Positions 9,660 to 17,983 of a DNA stretch of 64,000 nt are shown one piece after another. The notes under the pieces were generated by a model. The model was not told the origin of the DNA. It made no database searches and saw only the letters and a list, made by a program, of their open reading frames with translations. Location: positions 32,001 to 96,000 of the forward strand of contig JAGXNO010000003.1 of the NCBI GenBank assembly GCA_019894975.1, in the 5' to 3' direction. The position numbers and the translations under genes are program-made. This DNA is from Promethearchaeota archaeon. Its GTDB lineage: Archaea > Asgardarchaeota > Lokiarchaeia > Sigyniarchaeales > SOKP01. Every line of letters begins with the position of its first letter. Position 1 is the stretch's first letter.

Positions 9660-9947
9660 ATCATTCATTTGTTGGCATTAATATTGAATTAAAAGAAGTC
9701 GCGAAGTTTACCAGTTGAATTCGATGTTGAAAGTTTACTTCGAAGAAGTTAAGTTATATCCCTAATCATATTTATAGAAATATATCTAAGGACGTATAGG
9801 GGTGATAATTATAATAGAATTATTGAATAAAAAGAAAAAAGTCATAGGATATGTAGAGGGAAAAAAATATTTCTGGAAACCGATCTATAGAAGAGATTTG
9901 GATGAGGATATGGACATTTCAAATTTTAAATTCATATTAAAACTAAT

Positions 9948-10232
9948 TTATTCATTTAACATTTCAAGTATTTTTTTTCCGAGCTTTTTTATAATAGGAA
10001 CATGTCCTTGAGTAAACATTATACCATTTATGAATATTATAGGTGGTTCAAGGTTTCCATATTTTTCAATAACCTCATTAGATGTCGCATCCTTATATAT
10101 AATTTCAATTTTATCCTTGAAAATAGTAACGGTGTCCATCATTCTTTCAATAACCTGCTTAGTTTTACAACATTTTGCACAAGAATTTTCAGGATCTTCC
10201 TTAATCAAGATTTGAATAACAATCTCATCCAA
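9948..10232 (-). CDS. Thioredoxin/glutaredoxin-like protein
   Basis: CAKC motif; PPIIFING..F..GHVP. Confidence 0.75.
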   Translation of the reverse strand: MDEIVIQILIKEDPENSCAKCCKTKQVIERMMDTVTIFKDKIEIIYKDATSNEVIEKYGNLEPPIIFINGIMFTQGHVPIIKKLGKKILEMLNE

Positions 10233-10269
10233 TTAAATCACTAATTTCTTGATTTGTTTTCAGTATATC

Positions 10270-10800
10270 TTATTTATTTTTACTTTTTTCTAATTCTTCT
10301 AATTTCTGTTCAGTTATTTTATATTTAGTAATGTCACGTATTGTCTCAATTGCTCCAATGATTTTATCATGAATTCCGTATAAAGGTTCCGCCTTAATCC
10401 ACAGATATTTACCCTCGTATGATAATTGTGGCAAAAACACTTCAGCTGTTATCGTATTTTTTATTTTTTCAAAGTGAATAAATTTTTTTTCATTTTCCTC
10501 ATGGGATTTTATTAATAATTCCGCTAAATTTGGAATTTTCTCCTCATAATAAGGGATTTGATATTCATAACTATCTTTTCCGATCATATCTTCTGCTTTT
10601 ATATTTGTAAATTCCTCCATTGCAGGATTCCATGCAATAACTTTTTCCTCATGATTGAGAATGAAAGTTGGGTCTGGTAAAAAATTAAGAATTTCTGCTA
10701 ATTCACACTTAATTTTCAGATATTCTTCTGCTAACTTTAGCGTTAAACCTTTCCCGTTTTCTTCAAATTGTTTTGATTTATTTTCGGCATCCTTCAACAT
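10270..10800 (-). CDS. Stand-alone PAS domain protein
   Basis: LPDPTFILN..KVIAWNPAMEEFT...GAIETIRDIT. Confidence 0.85.
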   Translation of the reverse strand: MLKDAENKSKQFEENGKGLTLKLAEEYLKIKCELAEILNFLPDPTFILNHEEKVIAWNPAMEEFTNIKAEDMIGKDSYEYQIPYYEEKIPNLAELLIKSHEENEKKFIHFEKIKNTITAEVFLPQLSYEGKYLWIKAEPLYGIHDKIIGAIETIRDITKYKITEQKLEELEKSKNK

Positions 10801-10826
10801 TCTTCACCTTTATTATTCCAATTTTA

Positions 10827-11315
10827 TTAATCTTCCTCAATAAGTCTTCTTTCCATTACAATCATAATGGGCATGAATCCCGCGTTCCCAAATACCTTAA
10901 GCAATTTTTCCTGAGTACCATAACCAAGATTAATTCTTATTGATTCACATCCCCATGATCTTAGTATCTGAATCGCTTTATCTGCTAAAATTTTACCTAC
11001 ATGTTTACCGATAAATTCTTTGGTTATAACCCAATTTTCCAAGTACCCAATATATTGCCCTAAAGTATTCTTTGAAGCCTCTATCATTCCCATGCCTATA
11101 ACTTCCTTAGTTGATTTTAACTCAGCAATTAAAGTTATTCGCTTTAATTTTGGTTTAAATTGTCTTAGACCAGATGAAGATCTCCAATGTTCTTCCTTTA
11201 ACCCGATATCATATATATCGTGGAGTTGCTTTAATAATTCTAATGTAGCTTGATAATCTGTAGTTTTGTAATTTCTGATTACAATCTCATCTTCCTTAAC
11301 TTCATTATTTAACAT
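10827..11315 (-). CDS. GNAT family acetyltransferase
   Basis: IRNY N-terminus, FIGKHVGKIL acetyl-CoA loop; paralogue of 29914..30390. Confidence 0.8.
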   Translation of the reverse strand: MLNNEVKEDEIVIRNYKTTDYQATLELLKQLHDIYDIGLKEEHWRSSSGLRQFKPKLKRITLIAELKSTKEVIGMGMIEASKNTLGQYIGYLENWVITKEFIGKHVGKILADKAIQILRSWGCESIRINLGYGTQEKLLKVFGNAGFMPIMIVMERRLIEED

Positions 11316-11407
11316 GAGATTTTAGTAGTTAATTTTTTAATAATTTTATTGAAGCACTAAGAACCTCCTTAATTTCAATTAAATGATAACCAACTAGAAT
11401 AAATGAA

Positions 11408-12775
11408 TTAAGGGAAAATCCCTCTTAATTCAATCGCTTTGACGATTCTTGATACAGCAATAATATAAGCAGCTGTACGGAGTGTAGTCTTTTTATCTTT
11501 TGATAACGTATAAACTTGTTCAAAGGCTTTTAAAATGATCATTTTCAACTCTTTATTAATTCGTTCTAAATCCCAGAAGTAAGCATGAATATCTTGAACG
11601 TATTCAAAATATGAAACACAAACACCTCCTGCATTCGCTAGAATATCAGGAACTACATGAACACCTTTGTTAAATAGGATCTTATCGGCATTAGGTGTAG
11701 TAGGTCCATTTGCCCCTTCCAAAACAATTTTACATTTAATTTCATTAGCATTAGTTTCTGTGATTTGATTTTCAAGGGCAGCAGGAATCAAAACATCACA
11801 CTCGAGTGTAAGCAAATCCTCGTTTGTAATTAACCTATACCTCTCATCCTTATAATCTTTTAAGTATTTGCCCTCTCGAGTCCATTTTAGTAATTTATCA
11901 ATTTCTAATCCTTCCGAAGAAAAAATACCACCACTAATATCTGATACAGCAACTATTTTGCATCCTTCTTTGAATAATAAATTGGCAACAGTACCCCCTA
12001 CATTTCCAAAACCTTGAATCACAATTTTCTGAGATTTTAGGTCTAAATTTAGCTTTTCACAAAAAGCTTCAAGTACAAAATATAATCCCATACCAGTTGC
12101 TGTTTCTCTCCCAACTGACCCCCCAATTTCTATTGGTTTACCAGTCACAACTCCGGGTACGGCTCTCCCTTTATTCATACTGTAAGTATCCATTATCCAT
12201 GCCATAATTTGAGCATTGGTATTAACATCTGGAGCAGGTATATCAATATCGGGGCCTATAATGTTAATTATTTCAGAAGTATACCTCCTTGTAAGTTTTT
12301 CTAATTCAGTTCTTGATAAGTATCTGGGATCAACACAGATTCCACCCTTTGCTCCACCTAAAGGTAGATCTAGTAGACTACATTTCCAAGTCATCCACAT
12401 AGCTAACGCTTTAACTTCATCAAGGTTAACATTTGGAGCGAATCTAATACCCCCTTTTCCCGGACCACGAATGGTTGAATGATGGACCCTATATCCTTCA
12501 AAAATCTCTAAATCCCCATTATCCATCTTTATTGGGATTGAAACAATTAGAGCTCGCTCTATTCTTTTAAGAAATTTCTTAATATTATGATTTAGTCCCA
12601 TCTCTTCGGCAACAATATCAATTTGTTTTTTTGCCACCTCAAATGGTTTGTTTTCAATTGCAGTTTCTTTCTCTACTCTTTTAGAAATACTAATTTGATT
12701 AGAGGTAATTGGAACGTCTGGATAAATTAATTTTGTCTGATCTTCTTTTTTATTTTCTAACATCTTCAAATGCAA
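11408..12775 (-). CDS. gdhA: Glutamate dehydrogenase (Glu/Leu/Phe/Val DH family; likely start ATG 12763)
   Basis: GPGKGGIRF, GGAKGG, DIPAPDVNT, GFGNVG, EGANGP. Confidence 0.95.
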   Translation of the reverse strand: MHLKMLENKKEDQTKLIYPDVPITSNQISISKRVEKETAIENKPFEVAKKQIDIVAEEMGLNHNIKKFLKRIERALIVSIPIKMDNGDLEIFEGYRVHHSTIRGPGKGGIRFAPNVNLDEVKALAMWMTWKCSLLDLPLGGAKGGICVDPRYLSRTELEKLTRRYTSEIINIIGPDIDIPAPDVNTNAQIMAWIMDTYSMNKGRAVPGVVTGKPIEIGGSVGRETATGMGLYFVLEAFCEKLNLDLKSQKIVIQGFGNVGGTVANLLFKEGCKIVAVSDISGGIFSSEGLEIDKLLKWTREGKYLKDYKDERYRLITNEDLLTLECDVLIPAALENQITETNANEIKCKIVLEGANGPTTPNADKILFNKGVHVVPDILANAGGVCVSYFEYVQDIHAYFWDLERINKELKMIILKAFEQVYTLSKDKKTTLRTAAYIIAVSRIVKAIELRGIFP

Positions 12776-12802
12776 TTCAGAATTATTTTTATTCTACCTT
12801 AT

Positions 12803-13069
12803 TTAATCTGATAAACAAATGCAGTTCCATTTACGTTTGACTTTTTGCGTTGTCATGATTTCTGTATCATTTAAGTTTGACTTAGTCTTTGACTCAATGG
12901 GGCAATGTTTCAACCCTGCAGGAATCGAGTTTGTTTCACAATTCCATTGGTATTCTCTCCTGTCTCCATTAAGTAAAGCACCAAAAAATATGAAATGATC
13001 TTTACATAAATGACATATATTCCTAACAGAAGAATATACATGTCCGCATTTTGGACATCTATTCAACAT
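12803..13069 (-). CDS. Small zinc-ribbon protein
   Basis: CPKC...CHLC; co-oriented just upstream of gdhA. Confidence 0.65.
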   Translation of the reverse strand: MLNRCPKCGHVYSSVRNICHLCKDHFIFFGALLNGDRREYQWNCETNSIPAGLKHCPIESKTKSNLNDTEIMTTQKVKRKWNCICLSD

Positions 13070-13243
13070 AAGATTTTTTCTATCCTATTAGATTTAATTC
13101 AAATTAATTTCTATGTAGAATATGATAACAATAGGTTAAAAATCTATCGTAAGTGGGTGAAGGATGGGATCTAAGTATAGATAAGACATATTGATAATCT
13201 ATTGAAGTTAAACTTATATAATATTAATTTTTTCTTTTTTATA

Positions 13244-13534
13244 ATGCCAAATATCGAATTAAGTGATATTGTTAAACAAAAATTAGATACCTTAAAGGAA
13301 ACTTCTGGTAGTAAAACTTATTCAGATACTATCAATTATTGCATGCTTCAAGTGGAATTATTAAAACAAAATCAAGAACTCTTAAAAGAAATAAGACATA
13401 GACAAGAAGCATTAACTGAAATAAAAGATATTCTCGATAAAAGAAACTTTACTGATATTTTTATTCAAATTGTAAAAGAAATTTTAAATTTGAGTGATGC
13501 AGAAAAGGAAAAAATTATGAAGACTATTGATTAA
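13244..13534 (+). CDS. Ribbon-helix-helix/antitoxin-like protein with coiled coil
   Basis: MPNIELSDIVKQKLDTLK....TYSDTI pattern; ATG 13244 inside ORF 13202. Confidence 0.6.
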   Translation: MPNIELSDIVKQKLDTLKETSGSKTYSDTINYCMLQVELLKQNQELLKEIRHRQEALTEIKDILDKRNFTDIFIQIVKEILNLSDAEKEKIMKTID

Positions 13535-13609
13535 GAACATTTTCTTCACTTAAATTTGGGTTCTTTAATGTGAAATTACCAATTCTAAGTTAATCTCCTT
13601 CATGGAAAA

Positions 13610-14848
13610 TTAGAAGAGTGCCAATGGTACATCTTTAAGAAGGTCAACTGTTGTGTATTGATTTTTACCTCCAGATCTCAAGAAACTCATTGCTTGCTCA
13701 ATACCTTTAATTGTTAAGTGAAAAGTAGGAATGACTCTAGCTATTTTCATTTTGGTCCAGGACATCCAATCATACCTTACTGGCTCAGGATTCAGCCATA
13801 TTACATTCTTTTTGTAATGATTTGCAATTTCATTAATATAATAAAGCCCAGATTTTTTACTGCTCACATCATCATAAAGAGCACCGTGGGGATTTACTAT
13901 TTCGCTGCGGTGCATTGTTTGGTCTCCCACAATTATTACTCGGTAAGAATCATCATATTTTTTTAATAAATCTTCGAATTCTATTGCTTCCTCTACATTC
14001 CTCTCAGCGTTATCATACAAATAATTATAGATACAATTATGAAAGTAATAATACTTAAAGTCTTTCCAATGTGATATATTGTTGGCTGCAGAGAATAACA
14101 GGTTTACTTGGTGGATATAGATGTCCATCGTTCCTCCAACATCCATCAGAAGTAAAATCTTAATGTCATTCTTTTTCCTCTTGTTAAAAATTAGTTCAAT
14201 ATCACCGCCGTTACGTCCGGTCTCATGGATAGTTTTTGGGAGATCTAGTTCATCCCTTTTCCCAATCTCATCTAATCTTCTAAGTCGCTTTAACGCCATT
14301 TTTATTCGTCGTGTGTCTATTACTAAATCTTTCCGGTAATCTTTAAAAATCCTTTTCTGAGCAATTTTCACAGCACTATGCATACCATAGTCTCCACCAA
14401 TTCTGAAACCTTCTACATTTAGTCCCGAATGACCGAAGTTTGATTGTCCCTGGGTACCAATCCATCTATTTCCAAAATTATGTTCCTCATCCTGCTCGCT
14501 AAGTAGTTGTCTGAATTGTCTTTCCAATTCTTCTAAACTTGTATTCTCAAAAAATTCTTTCAGAGATCCAGGAATGCGAAAAATTGAAAGATTTGTTTGA
14601 AGCCACTCCCAAATCTCTTGTTTAATGTCTTCAGGAAATTCTATACCCGCATCTTTGAAGTAATTAGCGAATGCAATGTCATAAATATCAAAATGATGTT
14701 CATTCTTACACAGAATAGAACGAGAAATATAATAGAAATCAACCATGTTATTTATTAATCCCTTATCGAGTGCTTCCAATAAGGTCATAAATTCGGTAAT
14801 ACTAACAGGTAGTATTTCTTTAAGGTAAAAAAAATAGTCTAAGAACAT
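13610..14848 (-). CDS. VWA-domain CoxE-like protein
   Basis: LLMDVGGTM MIDAS-like, YYFHNCIY, VIIVGD, WLNP; follows MoxR. Confidence 0.88.
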   Translation of the reverse strand: MFLDYFFYLKEILPVSITEFMTLLEALDKGLINNMVDFYYISRSILCKNEHHFDIYDIAFANYFKDAGIEFPEDIKQEIWEWLQTNLSIFRIPGSLKEFFENTSLEELERQFRQLLSEQDEEHNFGNRWIGTQGQSNFGHSGLNVEGFRIGGDYGMHSAVKIAQKRIFKDYRKDLVIDTRRIKMALKRLRRLDEIGKRDELDLPKTIHETGRNGGDIELIFNKRKKNDIKILLLMDVGGTMDIYIHQVNLLFSAANNISHWKDFKYYYFHNCIYNYLYDNAERNVEEAIEFEDLLKKYDDSYRVIIVGDQTMHRSEIVNPHGALYDDVSSKKSGLYYINEIANHYKKNVIWLNPEPVRYDWMSWTKMKIARVIPTFHLTIKGIEQAMSFLRSGGKNQYTTVDLLKDVPLALF

Positions 14849-14861
14849 GGAAATTTGAAAT

Positions 14862-15722
14862 TTAAGTTGGAAATTTTAATTTTTCTATAGCGATTTCCAG
14901 ATCTTTTTCTTTCTTAATCAAGACACCTAAAAATGGAACTCCTTTCTTTAATTCCTCAATTGTAATTCCACTTTTCAGTAAAACCCCAATCCAATCAAGG
15001 AGCTCAGACGTAGAAGGTAATTTCCGCATCTTTGTTATAGCTCTTAAGGCATAAAAATGATTGAGGCACTGTTCCAATAAATTTTCTTTTAGGTTAGGAT
15101 AATGAAGATTACATATATCTGCCATGAAATTTCTCGAAGGAAATTCAATCCAATGAAATACACATCGTCTTAAAAAAGCGTCAGGAAGTTCTTTTTCATT
15201 ATTGGATGTAATGATGACTATCGGTCTGGTTTTTGATTTTACGAATTCCTTTGTCTCTTTGATATAAAACTCCATAACATCTAATTCTTGTAATAGATCG
15301 TTTGGAAACTCGATGTCAGCTTTATCAATCTCATCTAAAAGAAGAACAACTTGCTCCTCATCATCAAAAGCTTCTCCTAATGGTCCAAAAGTGAGATAAT
15401 CATGTATGTTATTAACATCGCGATCATCGCAACCAAATCTGCTATCATTCAATCTTTGAACTGTATCATACATGTAGCATCCATCAATAGCTTCAGTTGT
15501 ACTCTTGATATTCCAGATTATCAGTTTTTTATTTAAACTTAATGCGATCGCATGGGCTAGCATAGTTTTTCCTGTTCCAGGTTCTCCTTTCACTAATAAA
15601 GGACGTCCTAGCGCAATAGATACATTAACGATGTTTCTTAATTGGGGATCTGCTAAATATTTAACAGTATCTGTTTTTACGTCTCCTTTAAATTTATTAA
15701 AAGTAGCATCCATACTAATCAA
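14862..15722 (-). CDS. MoxR family AAA+ ATPase
   Basis: GEPGTGKT, LLDEIDKAD, ITSNNEKELPDAFLRRC. Confidence 0.92.
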   Translation of the reverse strand: MISMDATFNKFKGDVKTDTVKYLADPQLRNIVNVSIALGRPLLVKGEPGTGKTMLAHAIALSLNKKLIIWNIKSTTEAIDGCYMYDTVQRLNDSRFGCDDRDVNNIHDYLTFGPLGEAFDDEEQVVLLLDEIDKADIEFPNDLLQELDVMEFYIKETKEFVKSKTRPIVIITSNNEKELPDAFLRRCVFHWIEFPSRNFMADICNLHYPNLKENLLEQCLNHFYALRAITKMRKLPSTSELLDWIGVLLKSGITIEELKKGVPFLGVLIKKEKDLEIAIEKLKFPT

Positions 15723-15859
15723 AATTATTGTAAAATTAAATAATTTTTGAATTTAAACTCTAATATAATAAGTCAGAATTCTCTTTTGAGGTTCAAAAAA
15801 GTTTATTAATAAGTTTGGCATAGTTTAAAATTAGATAAGAGAATCCATTTTTTTAAAAA

Positions 15860-16963
15860 ATGCCTAATATTACATCTCTAATAACTCGGAGAATTAAGCC
15901 CATATGTGCAGTATGGGAAATTACGTTAAGATGTAATAGTAAATGTATTCATTGTGGCTCAAAAGCAGGAGAAAGTCGTTTTAATGAGTTGAATACCAAT
16001 GAAGCTTTAACATTAGTAAAAGAATTAAACGATTGTGGTTATAAAGGAGTTGCATTAATGGGCGGCGAACCGCTCATAAGGGAAGATTGGTCTAAAATTG
16101 CTAAAGAAATAAAAAGATATAAAATGGATTTATCAATTGTCACAAATGGATTAAATCTGATTAGGCAAAGTCATGATCTGAAAAGAGTAAAACCAGATTG
16201 CGTCAGCTTAAGTTTAGATGGAGGTACTCCAAAGACACATGATCATATTCGGGGATTTCAAGGATCATTTAAGAAAACACTTGAAGCTATTAATGTGTTA
16301 AAGGATTTAAAAATACCCACAAGTGTAATTACAAGTGTTAACAAAATTAATCTTAAGGAATTGAATCTAATTAAGAATTTACTTTTAGATAGAAGTATTG
16401 CTTGGCAAGTTCAAATCTGTGTTCCTATTGGACGATTTCCTAAAGAACTAGTTATAAACAGAGAAGAATTTTACACATTAGCATTATTTATAGCGATAAA
16501 TCAAAAAAAATATTCATCTCGAAGATTACCATTGATAGGAGCTCATTGTCTTGGGCATTTCTCAAGATTTTTGCCAAATTTAGGTTTAAGTCCATGGGTC
16601 GGATGCCAAGCAGGATTATCAGTATTAGGAATTCAAAGTAATGGAGATATTAAGGGATGCTTAACTCTTCCAGACGAATTTATTCAAGGGAATGTAAGAA
16701 CTCAGAGTTTAAAAGATATTTTAGAAAATTTAAGATCCAGAAAGAAACAGCTACCTCGTAAGTGTATTAATTGTGATGTAGTAAAATCATGTAGAGGCCA
16801 TTGTTTAGGAACTGCTTATGCACTTAAGGATTTTGAAGATCATTATTGTTTAAGAACTATTGAAAAAGAACTTTTTAATTTAGAACAACTATCAATTAGA
16901 GGAAAATTGGATTCAACTTACTCAAAATTTAAAAATTTTTATTATAATCTTATAATCAAATAA
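15860..16963 (+). CDS. Radical SAM/SPASM domain protein (putative peptide maturase)
   Basis: CNSKCIHC, GGEP, SPASM cysteines GCQAG...KGC...CINC.....CRGHC...C. Confidence 0.9.
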   Translation: MPNITSLITRRIKPICAVWEITLRCNSKCIHCGSKAGESRFNELNTNEALTLVKELNDCGYKGVALMGGEPLIREDWSKIAKEIKRYKMDLSIVTNGLNLIRQSHDLKRVKPDCVSLSLDGGTPKTHDHIRGFQGSFKKTLEAINVLKDLKIPTSVITSVNKINLKELNLIKNLLLDRSIAWQVQICVPIGRFPKELVINREEFYTLALFIAINQKKYSSRRLPLIGAHCLGHFSRFLPNLGLSPWVGCQAGLSVLGIQSNGDIKGCLTLPDEFIQGNVRTQSLKDILENLRSRKKQLPRKCINCDVVKSCRGHCLGTAYALKDFEDHYCLRTIEKELFNLEQLSIRGKLDSTYSKFKNFYYNLIIK

Positions 16964-16993
16964 TTTAACAATAATAGAGAAGGGTTTTAAAAA

Positions 16994-17302
16994 TTGATTA
17001 AAGAATTATTTCAAATATATAAAATTGGTAAGGACCTAAATCTTTCTAAAAAAGAAATTAATGGATCTCTTTCTTTTAAAGAAGAATCTCATAAATTTAG
17101 AGATAGGATCATTTATTCGATAATTTTGCTGGTTCTGGTAATTTTAACGGGAGCTGTAATTTTTCTTGCCACTCAAATTGGAATAATTGAACCCATCACT
17201 ACTTCAGGTTCAAATACATATGGAGCAGATGGCGCAAGATATTCCACCATAAGGATAAAGGACTTTAAAAAAAAATTTAGATATTACATTCAAATAAAAT
17301 AA
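16994..17302 (+). CDS. Single-TM small protein, putative precursor peptide 1
   Basis: FQIYKIGKDLNLSKKEI leader, TM helix, TYGADGARYSTIRIKDFK. Confidence 0.75.
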   Translation: MIKELFQIYKIGKDLNLSKKEINGSLSFKEESHKFRDRIIYSIILLVLVILTGAVIFLATQIGIIEPITTSGSNTYGADGARYSTIRIKDFKKKFRYYIQIK

Positions 17303-17332
17303 TGTGTTGAAAAAGGAGGTGAAATTCTAAGT

Positions 17333-17587
17333 ATGATTAAAAATTCTTTTCATTTATTTCAAATTGGAAAGGAATTGGGATTAACTAAGAAAGAAATAAA
17401 AAATTTATCCCTGTTTGGAAATACTAAGCACCCATTCTTATATACGATCGTAATGATCGTATCAATTGTTGCATTTGGGATTTTAATAATTTTTTTAGGT
17501 ATACAAGCCTTTAGAAAGATATATCCCTCGGGAACATTATACTCAACAGTAAAGAAAGAGGATTTCAAACGAAATAAACAAATTTAA
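17333..17587 (+). CDS. Single-TM small protein, putative precursor peptide 2
   Basis: GGAGGTGA RBS; FHLFQIGKELGLTKKEI, TM, IYPSGTLYSTVKKEDFK. Confidence 0.8.
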   Translation: MIKNSFHLFQIGKELGLTKKEIKNLSLFGNTKHPFLYTIVMIVSIVAFGILIIFLGIQAFRKIYPSGTLYSTVKKEDFKRNKQI

Positions 17588-17688
17588 TTAAAAAAATTAA
17601 TAAGAAATTTAAAAGTGAATGCTCTTCTAAAATAAGAATAAATGTAAGATCAACTAAAAGGGTTGAAAAGAGAGGTGAAAACTAAAAA

Positions 17689-17934
17689 ATGTTCAAAGAT
17701 TTTTTTCAGTTATATCAAATTGGTAAAGATTTAGGTTTAACTAAGAAAGAAATAAAAGATTTTTCCCTATTTGGGAATACCAAGCACCCATTCTTATATT
17801 CGATTTTATTGGTTTTATCTATTATTGCAATTGGGATTTCAATAATTTTAGGTATATATATTGAAAGAAGTACATATGCCTCAGGATCGTATTACTCTAC
17901 AGTAAAAAAAAATGATTTCAAACTAAGAAAGTGA
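17689..17934 (+). CDS. Single-TM small protein, putative precursor peptide 3
   Basis: GAGGTGA RBS; FQLYQIGKDLGLTKKEI, TM, TYASGSYYSTVKKNDFK. Confidence 0.8.
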   Translation: MFKDFFQLYQIGKDLGLTKKEIKDFSLFGNTKHPFLYSILLVLSIIAIGISIILGIYIERSTYASGSYYSTVKKNDFKLRK

Positions 17935-17983
17935 ATTTAATTGAGAATTTAAGAAGAAATATCAATGTAAACCCTCTTAAAAA

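Noticed and set aside
9802-10011. 69-aa ORF as an intact gene
   Set aside because: Start region looks gene-like, but the 3' part overlaps the thioredoxin antisense; at best a truncated remnant
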